Source: Nitrospirota bacterium (GTDB taxonomy: Bacteria; Nitrospirota; UBA9217). From it: a stretch of 64,000 nt of DNA. Positions 50,418 to 59,783 of this stretch are shown here, one piece after another. The position numbers and the translations under genes were made by a program. The stretch is from positions 768,001 to 832,000 of the forward strand of contig CAVUCU010000001.1 of assembly GCA_963740085.1 (NCBI GenBank), read 5' to 3'. The notes under the pieces were generated by a model that worked only from the letters and a program-made list of their open reading frames with translations, ran no database searches and was not told where the DNA came from. Position 1 is the first letter of the stretch. Each line of letters opens with the position of its first letter.

Positions 50418-50700
50418 GGTGGTTATTCTCGCATTTTTCGCGGACGTATTGCAAGCATTTTGTTGTTTGCGCCTCACGCGGTAATTTATTCCCGCTTCAC
50501 TCTTTTCTTCACGCATGGTATACTATGCGTCGTTTCACGCGTATCCCTGACCCGGACAGGCGGTATATCCGAGGGACGATGGACGACCGTTCGCTTCGCT
50601 CGCTAAGACGAGGGACACCTCCTTAACCGCTTTTGCTTCTCCCGTCCCTCATCTTCGTCCGTCGTGAGCGCGGCACGCCCTGCTTGCAAGGAGTCCTTGT

Positions 50701-51501
50701 TTGAAAAAGCTCAGCTACGAGAATGGCGTCTACCGGACAGGCCCCGTCCGCATAACCTTCATGGCAAAGGCATTGACCTCGCTCTTGTTTTATACCCGGC
50801 TCTTCTCCATCGTTGTCCGGGGAAGCGGCCAGGCAAAGCGCGGCAGATACGGCACTCCCGAATGGTGCGAAGACAGCCTCGCCACCTTCCGTGCACTTGA
50901 GGAAGTCGGGGTGAAGTTCGAGATCACCGGCATCGACGCCTTCACCGCCGTCGAGGGCCCGTGCGTGTTCATTGCCAATCACATGAGCACGCTCGAAACA
51001 TTCATCCTCCCGACGATCATTGCCTCCTTCAAGGACGCGACCTTCGTCGTCAAACAAAGCCTGGTCGACTACCCGGTCTTCAAATACATCATGCGCTCGC
51101 GGGACCCCATAACCGTGGGCCGAACGAATCCCCGCGACGATCTGAGAGCCGTGCTGGAGGGCGGGGCCGAACGATTGAAGGCAGGAAGATCCGTCGTTAT
51201 TTTCCCCCAGACGACCCGGACGCCCGTCTTTGACCCGGCGCAGTTCAACACCATAGGGATAAAGCTTGCGAAGAAGGCCGGGGTGCCGGTGGTCCCGATC
51301 GCGCTCACGACCAGCGCCTGGGGCAATGGCAGGTTCCTCAAAGACTACGGCAGGATCGACCCTTCGAAGAAGGCTCGCTTCGCCTTCGGCAAACCGCTCT
51401 GGATCAGGGACCGCGGGACTGAAGAACACCAGGAGATCATCGATTTTATTACGGGGAAACTGAAGGAATGGGAGGCCGAGGAGCAGGCGGGAAAAGCATA
51501 A
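50701..51501 (+). CDS. Lysophospholipid acyltransferase (PlsC family)
   Basis: ANHMSTLE, IFPQTTR and VVPIAL motifs. Confidence 0.85.
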   Translation: MKKLSYENGVYRTGPVRITFMAKALTSLLFYTRLFSIVVRGSGQAKRGRYGTPEWCEDSLATFRALEEVGVKFEITGIDAFTAVEGPCVFIANHMSTLETFILPTIIASFKDATFVVKQSLVDYPVFKYIMRSRDPITVGRTNPRDDLRAVLEGGAERLKAGRSVVIFPQTTRTPVFDPAQFNTIGIKLAKKAGVPVVPIALTTSAWGNGRFLKDYGRIDPSKKARFAFGKPLWIRDRGTEEHQEIIDFITGKLKEWEAEEQAGKA

Positions 51502-51732
51502 AAGAGATTTTGAACATCAACGCGCCTGGTGAGTATTTCACAAGGCTAAAACGGTAGTTGGCCGCATAAGGCACACCCTGTATTCGCGCGGACTCGCCAA
51601 CGGGGAGGAATTACAAAAACATCGGCATTTGATCTCTTTTGTCGAATAAAGCCCGGCCCGGGAAGTCGGGTGGATCTTGCATCATGAACGTTTCAACGGG
51701 TTTGGTGAGCTGAACTCAGCTCAGGAAGAGCT

Positions 51733-51915
51733 TCATGTCGGACCGCAATTTACAGGGCACGCCTTTGCAGTTTTCTTCTCGTCTTCGGGTAAATGGCACT
51801 TTTTATATTTCTTCCCGCTGCCGCACCAGCAGTCGTCGTTCCTGCCCGGCCTCTGAGCAGGCACGCTTTCCTCCTTGCCCTTCAACAAATTCAGTGCGCG
51901 ATCAAACAGTCCCAT
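51733..51915 (-). CDS. Small SEC-C motif protein; may extend through UGA (Sec) to 51721
   Basis: GGAGG RBS; [18 protein letters not shown]; C-terminal [11 protein letters not shown]. Confidence 0.85.
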   Translation of the reverse strand: MGLFDRALNLLKGKEESVPAQRPGRNDDCWCGSGKKYKKCHLPEDEKKTAKACPVNCGPT

Positions 51916-52011
51916 GGTTCCTCCGGCATCAATGTGATGCCGTGTATATTACCAAATCGATGTGCAATTTACTATGGGAAAATCCAACCGACTCCGATGT
52001 TCCCCCTCTTT

Positions 52012-52586
52012 TCAGGGTGCCAGGGTCTTCTCGATACGCCGGTCCGGGATGAGCCACATCACCGCAACGAGAACGTACAACGCGCAGGCGAACCACGGGT
52101 TCACAAAGGCCAGGGGAATCGAAATAAGATAGATCACGACCGACACCTTGCCCTTAAAATCCCTGCCAACCGCGCTCGCGAGGATGGAATCCCCCCGTGA
52201 AGCGCGATGAGGACCCGGGTAAGGATGAAGTAGGCGATCGCGGCAAACAGCAGCACCACGCCATAACACGCGACGGGCCATGAGGCAAAGTTGTTCTCGC
52301 CCATCCAGCCCGTGACAAAGGGTATCAGCGACAGCCAGAACAACAGGTGCAGATTGGCCCATAGGGAGCGGCCATCGACGTGCTTGATCGCCTGGAGAAG
52401 ATGATGGTGGTTGCTCCAGTAGATGCCGAGAAACAGAAAGCTGAGCACATAGGACAGGAACACCGGGATCAGCGGAAGCAGCGCAGCCGGGTCAGCTGTA
52501 CGCGGCACTTTCAATTCAAGCACCATGATGGTGATAAGGATCGCGATCACGCCATCGCTGAACGCTTCCATCCGTCCCTTGCTCAT
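52012..52586 (-). pseudogene. TMEM175-family K+ channel, frameshifted in a G6 run near 52191-52196
   Basis: RMEAFSDGVIAILITIMVLE motif; the C-terminus DSILASAVGRDFKGK...WLIPDRRIE lies in another frame. Confidence 0.85.
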
Positions 52587-52587
52587 G

Positions 52588-53484
52588 TTAAATCCCCCTT
52601 TTCAATTCCTTCGCGACGATGGTGAGTGCGACACCGCCGAGGATCAGGATAGACGCGATCACCAGCCTGAACGTGAACGCCTCGGCCAGGAAGATAACCC
52701 CTCCGAATGCGGTGAGGAGCGGCACCGGGAGTTGCACCGTGGCGGCGCGGGTCGCTGAAAGGCCCCGAAGGGCAGTGTACCAGATGACGTACCCGATCGC
52801 GGAGGCAAGCGATCCGGACAGGATCGCGAGCAGAATGCCCTTTTGCTGGAGATGAACTCCCTGAAGGCTGGCAGCCAGGACCGCGAGGCTGAAAGGTACG
52901 GCCCTGATGAAGTTTCCCGCTGTCTGGAAAATCGGGTCCTTTACCCCGCGGCCCCGCAACGAATAGAAGCCCCAGGCAATGCCGGCCAGTGTCATGAGGA
53001 ACGCGCCGTGGGGCGAAGGCGCCGCTATCCCGGGAAATACGAGGTAGACCAGGCCCGCAAACGCGATCGCCAGGCCCGCCCACTGAAGCGGATGAGGACG
53101 CTCGCCGGCCAGGAGCCCGGAGATGATCATCGTGGCCTGGACAGCACCGAAAAGGATGAGAGCCCCCGTCCCTGCGCTCAAACTAAGATAGGCAAAGGAG
53201 AATGCGACCGCGTACAAAAAGAGCTGAAATCCGCCGATCCAGCTGCCGGCGGCGAGGGTATGAGTGCCGCCGCTCAAAAAGAGAGTCAGCATCGCAAGAG
53301 TAATTGCGCCGGAAGCCAGCCGGATGGCAGTGAAGCTTGCAGCATCGATGGCATGCGCCCCGAGGGCCATGCGGCAAAGGATGGAATTAGTGGCGAATGC
53401 CGCCATGGCGACAGCGGTCAGAAGCCAGATCCGTAAAGGTCGATTGCTTCCCTCAAAAGGAGGGTTGGTTGATGACTGTTCCAT
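52588..53484 (-). CDS. DMT/EamA family transporter
   Basis: About 10 TM helices; FAT NSILCR, FSFAYLSL and GYVIWY motifs. Confidence 0.88.
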   Translation of the reverse strand: MEQSSTNPPFEGSNRPLRIWLLTAVAMAAFATNSILCRMALGAHAIDAASFTAIRLASGAITLAMLTLFLSGGTHTLAAGSWIGGFQLFLYAVAFSFAYLSLSAGTGALILFGAVQATMIISGLLAGERPHPLQWAGLAIAFAGLVYLVFPGIAAPSPHGAFLMTLAGIAWGFYSLRGRGVKDPIFQTAGNFIRAVPFSLAVLAASLQGVHLQQKGILLAILSGSLASAIGYVIWYTALRGLSATRAATVQLPVPLLTAFGGVIFLAEAFTFRLVIASILILGGVALTIVAKELKRGI

Positions 53485-53586
53485 GCGTTCTCTTATAACA
53501 GGTACGAAAAAGGCATGATCGGCGGCCAGGCCAAAGGGGATCGTTGGCGGACGTATTCGACTCGCAGAAAGCTTAATGAGCCGAAG

Positions 53587-55299
53587 TTAAACAAGTTGCT
53601 TCTGTTGCTGCATCCATGCGTCTATATCATGCTCCGCAAGGGGACGGGCCAGGAGGAAACCTTGACAAAAGCCGCACTCCATTTTCCGAATATTGGATAA
53701 TTGATGGTCCATCTCCACACCCTCGGCTATCACGTCCACCTTCAGGCTGTTCGCCAGGGAAATGATAGAGGTAATGATCTCCTTATTGGAGCCGTCAGCG
53801 GTAAGTTTGCTGATAAAGCTGCGGTCTATCTTGAGTGCATTGATCGGGAAGCGATGAAGATAGCTGAGCGAAGAATGTCCCGTTCCAAAATCATCGATAT
53901 GAATCTGTATCCCCATCTCTCGCAGCACGTTCATTGTCTCCACGGCGGCATCGACGTTCTCCATGATCATGCTCTCGGTGATTTCCAATGCGATGCTGTG
54001 CGGATCAACTTCCGTCTCTACCAGAAACCCCGAAAGCATGCTTACCAGATCCTGATGAGCGAATTGTTTGCTCGAAATATTGATGCTCATCGTCAGGGGA
54101 GGCTGATGAGGATAGTGGACCTGGAGCCTTTTCAGCTCACGACACGCTTCGTGAAGTATCCATTCCCCGATTTGATTGATAAGCCCGTTCTCTTCGGCAA
54201 GCGGGATGAACTCCAGGGGGTAGATGAGGCCGCGCGTCGGATGATTCCAGCGGACGAGAGCCTCAAAGCCCGTTAATTGCTGCACTTTCAGATCGATAAT
54301 AGGTTGGTAGTAGAGAATGAGCTCCTTGCGGTCAACAGCGCCCCGTAGATCCGTCTCCAACTGCATCCGGTTCAGAATGTTGGCGTGCATCTCGGCATCG
54401 AAAACCTCGTAGGAGGCGTTCCCGCGGTCTTTCGCCTCGTACATTGCAATGTCAGCGTCTCGCAGGGGCTGCTCCGGCCGTTCATACCAGTCTGTGTCTA
54501 TTGCGATCCCTATACTCAGGGAGGGATAAATATCATTTCCTTTGATACTGAGCGGGGTTGACAAGCTCCTCTTTGCCCGATCTGCAACTTCTATCGCATG
54601 AGCAGGATCGCCTATATTCTCCAGAAGAATTGCGAATTCGTCCCCTCCCAGGCGAGCTACCGTATCGCCGGGGCGAACGCAGTCAATGAGCTTGCGGCCG
54701 ACCATGACGAGGACCTGATCCCCGATGAGATGACCAAGGCTGTCATTGATTACCTTGAACCGGTCTATATCGCAGAAGAGCACGGCGTAGAAGGGAGTGC
54801 CGGCACGTCGCTGAGATGTGGTGATGGCATGCTGGAGCCTGTCCATAAAAAGGGTCCGGTTGGGCAGGCCGGTCAGCGCATCGTGGAAAAGATCATGGGT
54901 GAGCTTCTCTTCGATCCTTTTCCTCTCGGCAACTTCATCTTCAAGTTTCGCATAACTGTTCTTCAATGATATGCTCATGGCATTGATATGGGACGCGAGC
55001 TCGCCCAACTCGGTCTTGTCCTGGTAGTCAACGGTATGTCCCGCGTCGCCCGAGGCGATCATTCGAGTCGCCTTGACGAGTGTATTGACGGGCTGAGCTA
55101 TCCCCTTTATAAGATTCCCGGCAGCGACAATGACGGCGATCAAAGTTACCGTCACGGTCCCCGCGATCATGGACCAAACCCACTCGGTCCCGCTATCGAG
55201 GCCCTGCGCCGCGCTTCTGATATACAGGGCTACGACAGCGGAACCAAGGGTGGAGATGATAAAAAGGGCCGTGAGAGAAACAAAAATCTTCCGCTTCAT
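53587..55299 (-). CDS. HAMP-GGDEF-EAL c-di-GMP protein
   Basis: Two TM helices, HAMP, ARLGGDEF, GFEALVRW, DDFGTGHSSL and AEGVE motifs. Confidence 0.93.
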   Translation of the reverse strand: MKRKIFVSLTALFIISTLGSAVVALYIRSAAQGLDSGTEWVWSMIAGTVTVTLIAVIVAAGNLIKGIAQPVNTLVKATRMIASGDAGHTVDYQDKTELGELASHINAMSISLKNSYAKLEDEVAERKRIEEKLTHDLFHDALTGLPNRTLFMDRLQHAITTSQRRAGTPFYAVLFCDIDRFKVINDSLGHLIGDQVLVMVGRKLIDCVRPGDTVARLGGDEFAILLENIGDPAHAIEVADRAKRSLSTPLSIKGNDIYPSLSIGIAIDTDWYERPEQPLRDADIAMYEAKDRGNASYEVFDAEMHANILNRMQLETDLRGAVDRKELILYYQPIIDLKVQQLTGFEALVRWNHPTRGLIYPLEFIPLAEENGLINQIGEWILHEACRELKRLQVHYPHQPPLTMSINISSKQFAHQDLVSMLSGFLVETEVDPHSIALEITESMIMENVDAAVETMNVLREMGIQIHIDDFGTGHSSLSYLHRFPINALKIDRSFISKLTADGSNKEIITSIISLANSLKVDVIAEGVEMDHQLSNIRKMECGFCQGFLLARPLAEHDIDAWMQQQKQLV

Positions 55300-55487
55300 A
55301 AGGCAGCAATTCCTCAAAAATTCTCAGTTTCTCTGCCGGACCCGGCATGGTCAGAAAAATCATCCGGACAGGGACAAGGACTTTATCTTTATCAGAGATG
55401 ATACATGGTACATTTGAGTATGGTGACTGTATGGGCTAATGCTTGCCTAAACATTTCACACGATATATTATCTTTCAAGCCCCGACC

Positions 55488-55664
55488 TCATTTGGTTCTT
55501 GGAATAGTCTTCAGGTTTCCAGCCTTTGATGGTCTTTTGAGACCGCATTGCGTTCCCTTGCAGCCGCACAGTGGATGCCAGTTCTTGAACCCGTAGTAGT
55601 AAGCAATGGCGGCATAGATATAGATCGCCGCAGCGATGGCGAAAATGCTCAGAATGATCGTCAT
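55488..55664 (-). CDS. 58-aa membrane-anchored Cys-containing small protein (absent from the ORF track)
   Basis: GAGG RBS; MTIILSIFAIAAAIYIYAAIAYYYGFKNWHPLCGCKGTQCGLKRPSKAGNLKTIPRTK. Confidence 0.6.
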   Translation of the reverse strand: MTIILSIFAIAAAIYIYAAIAYYYGFKNWHPLCGCKGTQCGLKRPSKAGNLKTIPRTK

Positions 55665-55704
55665 ACCTCATCCTCTGAGGAGCATCGCAGATCAGATGCG
55701 GGTA

Positions 55705-55962
55705 TCATGATTGAACTGCTCCTCTTAGCTTATACGGCAGCTGCATCGAATTGGCTGCTTTAACAGCCCCGCCCGGATTTCGCTCACCGCACTGTTTTAG
55801 GTTACCCTTCGCTAATATCTGGTCCCATAAAAAGAATAGTTCGCCGTGTACGCGCAGCCCGAAAATAACATCGTCGTGAGCACAGCACATGCCATTGCCC
55901 TTATTGAGCGTTTTTTCATAGGTATACTCCATGATATCTGATGTGTGTGCAATCTTTTTCAT
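55705..55962 (-). CDS. Hypothetical small protein
   Basis: 85-aa ORF overlapping nothing larger; no recognised motif. Confidence 0.25.
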   Translation of the reverse strand: MKKIAHTSDIMEYTYEKTLNKGNGMCCAHDDVIFGLRVHGELFFLWDQILAKGNLKQCGERNPGGAVKAANSMQLPYKLRGAVQS

Positions 55963-56128
55963 AACGGAGGAAAAATGAGTTGTTTCTGTAAGCCAGAGTA
56001 AAACAATTATCGGCGAATGTCAACGATTTCAGTCACCCTGCGAGCATTATTAGCCTGCCCTTGAATTCGCCCGGGTGGCGGAGGTACAATATATGTAGAA
56101 AAAGTTTTATCAGCAAGGAGGTAGAACT

Positions 56129-56461
56129 ATGGTAACCGTAGGGTTGTACGTACATTTGGAAGCAAAGCCGGGAAAAGAGGCCGAGGTAGAGCGTTTTATC
56201 AAGAGCGGTCTTCAAATCGTCATGGATGAGCCGGCCACATGTGCCTGGTTCGGGATCCGATTGGGTCCGTCAACATTCGGCATCTTCGATGCCTTCCCGG
56301 ATGAGCAAGGCCGGCAGGCGCATCTCTCGGGCAAGGTTGCAGCCGCTTTGATGGCGAAGGCCCCCGAACTCCTGGCGAAACCGCCCGTTATTGAAAAAGT
56401 CGAGGTACTTGCGGCCAAGCTCCCCGAGGCCATTCTCTCGAAAGTGAGAAAGGCTGCCTGA
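56129..56461 (+). CDS. Antibiotic biosynthesis monooxygenase (ABM) domain protein
   Basis: GGAGG RBS; LEAKPGKE and FGIFDAF.DE.GRQAHL.G motifs. Confidence 0.88.
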   Translation: MVTVGLYVHLEAKPGKEAEVERFIKSGLQIVMDEPATCAWFGIRLGPSTFGIFDAFPDEQGRQAHLSGKVAAALMAKAPELLAKPPVIEKVEVLAAKLPEAILSKVRKAA

Positions 56462-56514
56462 GTCAGAATGTCATAGAGACGTCGCTGCGCCGGTTGCGCA
56501 GTGTTTGTAACCAC

Positions 56515-56546
56515 GGCCGGAGAAAGCTGTTCTCCGGCCTTTTTTT
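56515..56546 (+). terminator. Intrinsic terminator
   Basis: GGCCGGAGAA-AGCTG-TTCTCCGGCC followed by a T-run. Confidence 0.85.
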
Positions 56547-56854
56547 GGCGTCGCCTGCATCATTTTTTCAACCTGCAAACCTGCTATACTATTACAAACG
56601 AAATAAGTATTGTTGATGAATTCGCAAGAAGTCAAGATTTGCCACAAAAGTCGCAAAGAGCACTTAAATAAGACTTTAAACGCTGAAGATCTTTTCTGTG
56701 CCTTATGCGCATTTTGTGGCTAAAGAACTTTTTACGAATCTATCATTGCTACATTCCTGCGGGATCCCCTCTCCCCCCCTCTTCCCGCTGGAGAGATGAC
56801 GAAGGTGAGGGGCGGTCTGTTATAAAGCCCTTCGCGACTACAGGAGGTTCACCA

Positions 56855-57778
56855 ATGTCTGAAAAAAACAGAAAGATCCGCAAAGTGTTCAAAAGCAGGC
56901 CCACGATCGAGGGTGCAGGGGTCCATCTGAGGCGCGTCTTCGGAAACAGCGAGGTCCCGCTCTTTGATCCGTTCCTGCTGCTCGACGATTTTCGCAATAC
57001 GGACCCCTATCAATACATCAAGGGCTTTCCCTGGCACCCCCATCGCGGCATCGAGACGATCACCTATGTTTTGCAGGGAGACGTCGAGCACGGCGACAGC
57101 ATGGGGAACAAGGGTGTCATCACGTCGGGCGACACGCAGTGGATGACCGCGGGAAGCGGCATCATTCACCAGGAAATGCCCAAGGGAGACGACGGAGGCG
57201 TGATGGAGGGTTTTCAACTCTGGGCGAATCTGCCGAGGTCGCGCAAGATGATGGATCCCCGGTACCGTGACATCAAAAGCTCGCAGGTGCCGGAGGTGGT
57301 GATGAAGAGCGGCGCCACGGTCAAGGTCATCTGCGGGACCGTGGAGGGAAAGAGGGGCCCGGTCAGGGACATCGTCATCGATCCCGAATATCTCGACGTC
57401 ACGATGCCTGCCCGTACCGAGTTCGTCCACAAGACAACGCGCGGCCACACGGTCTTCGCGTACGTGATCAAGGGAAAGGGCGTCTTCTGCAACGAAAAGA
57501 ACCCCTACGCCTACGATGCCCTGGGCGTGAACTATTTCGACATGGAGCGCGATCCCTACATCCACAATGGAACGGCTGTGCTTTTCGATGACGGGGACCA
57601 GGTCATGGTCGCGGCGCAGGACGAACCGGTGCGCTTTCTGCTCATATCGGGCAAGCCCATTGGCGAGCCCGTGGCGTGGTACGGCCCGATCGTGATGAAC
57701 ACGGAAGAGGAGCTGCGAGTTGCATTTGAAGAGTACCAGGACGGAACGTTCATCAAATCCGGCAGCAGCAGATCCTGA
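56855..57778 (+). CDS. Pirin family protein
   Basis: DPFLLLD, HPHRGIET, WMTAGSGIIHQE, QLWANLP and GPIVMN motifs. Confidence 0.95.
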   Translation: MSEKNRKIRKVFKSRPTIEGAGVHLRRVFGNSEVPLFDPFLLLDDFRNTDPYQYIKGFPWHPHRGIETITYVLQGDVEHGDSMGNKGVITSGDTQWMTAGSGIIHQEMPKGDDGGVMEGFQLWANLPRSRKMMDPRYRDIKSSQVPEVVMKSGATVKVICGTVEGKRGPVRDIVIDPEYLDVTMPARTEFVHKTTRGHTVFAYVIKGKGVFCNEKNPYAYDALGVNYFDMERDPYIHNGTAVLFDDGDQVMVAAQDEPVRFLLISGKPIGEPVAWYGPIVMNTEEELRVAFEEYQDGTFIKSGSSRS

Positions 57779-57790
57779 GAGACGACCAGG

Positions 57791-57881
57791 AGCTGTACTG
57801 GTTCCGATGCGGTAACTGTTGTCAGTGGGATTCGTGCCGGGGACATTCGGATCGCTGGTCTGGCGGTCACACTGCGCGTCG
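57791..57881. repeat. Degenerate direct copy of 58752-58843
   Basis: Manual alignment gives 14 mismatches and 1 gap over 92 nt. Confidence 0.85.
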
Positions 57882-57909
57882 TCAGCCGCGCGTTCGTTCC
57901 GTCAGGAGA

Positions 57910-58701
57910 TCACGGGGTCTTTAATGTAGTTCGCCGATTTTTAAACAAAAGGACCCCGACGCCGACAGAGATCATTACTGCACTCAGCATCTGTCCCATC
58001 GTGAAAATGCCGAGGATAAATCCGATTTGCGGGTCCGGCTCTCTAAAGAACTCCGCAATGACCCTGAAGACCCCGTATAAAATAAGGAAAAGAGAAGTGA
58101 TTGTACCTGCCTTGTAATTCTTATCCTTAATAAACCAGAGAAGGGCAAAGAGGGTGACGCCTTCAAGAAGAAACTCATAGAGCTGCGACGGGTGCCTCGG
58201 AAGAGGTCCGCCCGCCGGGAACACCATACCCCACGGCACATCGGTGATTCTGCCGTAAAGCTCTCCATTGATGAAGTTCCCCAATCTGCCCAATCCGAGA
58301 CCGATGGGGGCTGTCACCATAACAAGATCGGCAAGCACCCAAACATCATATTTCTTTTTCACTGAAAATATCACTCCGGCAACTACGGCGCCGATCAACC
58401 CGCCGTGAAACGACATGCCTCCGTGCCAGACTGCGAATATTTCTGCCGGATTTTTGAGATACTCACTGAAATTATAAAACAGGACATAGCCAAGCCTTGC
58501 TCCCAGAACAAGACCTATTATAAGAAATGAATACAGGGAATCGATGTCATCTGTTTTTATCGCCAGCTTCTTTTTCTTAATCTGGTATTTGACAAGGATA
58601 TAGGAGGCGCTAAACCCGAGAAGGTACATGACACCATACCACCTCACGGACAAGGGGCCGAGCTTGATCATGACAGGGTCTATGTGCGGAAATGGGATCA
58701 T
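57910..58701 (-). CDS. lgt: Prolipoprotein diacylglyceryl transferase
   Basis: RWYG, GARLGY, GGMSFHGG, GRLGNFINGEL and RHPSQLYE motifs. Confidence 0.97.
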   Translation of the reverse strand: MIPFPHIDPVMIKLGPLSVRWYGVMYLLGFSASYILVKYQIKKKKLAIKTDDIDSLYSFLIIGLVLGARLGYVLFYNFSEYLKNPAEIFAVWHGGMSFHGGLIGAVVAGVIFSVKKKYDVWVLADLVMVTAPIGLGLGRLGNFINGELYGRITDVPWGMVFPAGGPLPRHPSQLYEFLLEGVTLFALLWFIKDKNYKAGTITSLFLILYGVFRVIAEFFREPDPQIGFILGIFTMGQMLSAVMISVGVGVLLFKNRRTTLKTP

Positions 58702-58746
58702 AGCATTATTTGGCGCGAAAAGAAGACGGGCTGCGTCTCCGGCTCC

Positions 58747-59634
58747 TCAATAGCTGTACCTGAGTCCAATGCTGTAAATGTTGTCAGTGGTGTTCGTGCC
58801 GGGTACATTCGAATCGCTGACCTGGTGGTCATATTGCGCGTCGAGAAACCATTTTCTCATGAGTTCCCATTCAAGCCCCAGAGAGATCGTCTGGGCCGTT
58901 ACTTTGAAGTCCGAGGGTTGGTCAAAGATGCGGACAAGGTAATTATAGCCAAGAAGAACGGTAGCCGGCGGCGCAACCAGGTATCCGGCCCAGATGCTCG
59001 CGGCATTGCCCTGATAGGTAAAGAACGGGGAATCGGCGGAATTCTTCTCATAATCGTAGCTTTCCTTCAGCCAGAAAGACGGCGCAAACCGCTCCTTGAA
59101 CAGCAGGTTCGCTCCATAAGCCGAGCTGTTGCGCTGCGAATCATTATATCCTTTGATCGCGCCGTTGATCGCCAGTCTTGCGGTGACAATATCGCCCAGG
59201 CCTTTGTTGATACCGGTGCTCAAGCTTCCTATCGTGGAATCGAATTGAGTAAAAGAACTGTAGGAGGTATGCTGCACACCACCTGCAAAAAAAAGCCAGG
59301 TATCATCCGCGATCCGCGTGGTACTCCCGAGGTTCGCGAAGAGGTTGATGGAGGTATCGCTGTTCGATTGTGAGCTCGACCCGAGATATTGCGGTGTTTG
59401 GCCGCCCATGCCGGTCATGCTCATGGCGCTCATCATCCCGGGACCCGGTGCAGTCGTCACGCCCGCTGTCCCGCCTCGCTTGTCGGATAAAAGGCCGATG
59501 ACATTGTCTTCATATATTCCCTTTACCTCAACATTATAAAAAATGCCCGCCTGAGCGGCCGGTACCAATCCGAGATACATGAAGAGCGCTAAACAGATAC
59601 TGCTTGCGTAAATTACGAACCGATGAGTATGCAT
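58747..59634 (-). CDS. Putative outer-membrane beta-barrel with a Met-rich insert
   Basis: Signal peptide; alternating amphipathic strands; C-terminal LRYSY beta-signal; GPGMMSAMSMTGMGG insert. Confidence 0.7.
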   Translation of the reverse strand: MHTHRFVIYASSICLALFMYLGLVPAAQAGIFYNVEVKGIYEDNVIGLLSDKRGGTAGVTTAPGPGMMSAMSMTGMGGQTPQYLGSSSQSNSDTSINLFANLGSTTRIADDTWLFFAGGVQHTSYSSFTQFDSTIGSLSTGINKGLGDIVTARLAINGAIKGYNDSQRNSSAYGANLLFKERFAPSFWLKESYDYEKNSADSPFFTYQGNAASIWAGYLVAPPATVLLGYNYLVRIFDQPSDFKVTAQTISLGLEWELMRKWFLDAQYDHQVSDSNVPGTNTTDNIYSIGLRYSY

Positions 59635-59783
59635 GCGTTCTTTCTCCCTGTACTGTCTTCACTGATCCTGATTTTCGCCAAGTTGGAACAGTTCATCCGG
59701 GTGGCACGGCGAATATCAAGGCATCCGGCAGGCTGTAAATGAAATTCTATTTGACCCTGAAATGAACTTCACCTCTTCTTGCA

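Noticed and set aside
57791-58843. Repeat pair as a DGR template/variable region
   Set aside because: Mismatches fall at A, T, G and C rather than at adenines of one strand, there is an indel, and no reverse transcriptase is in the window.
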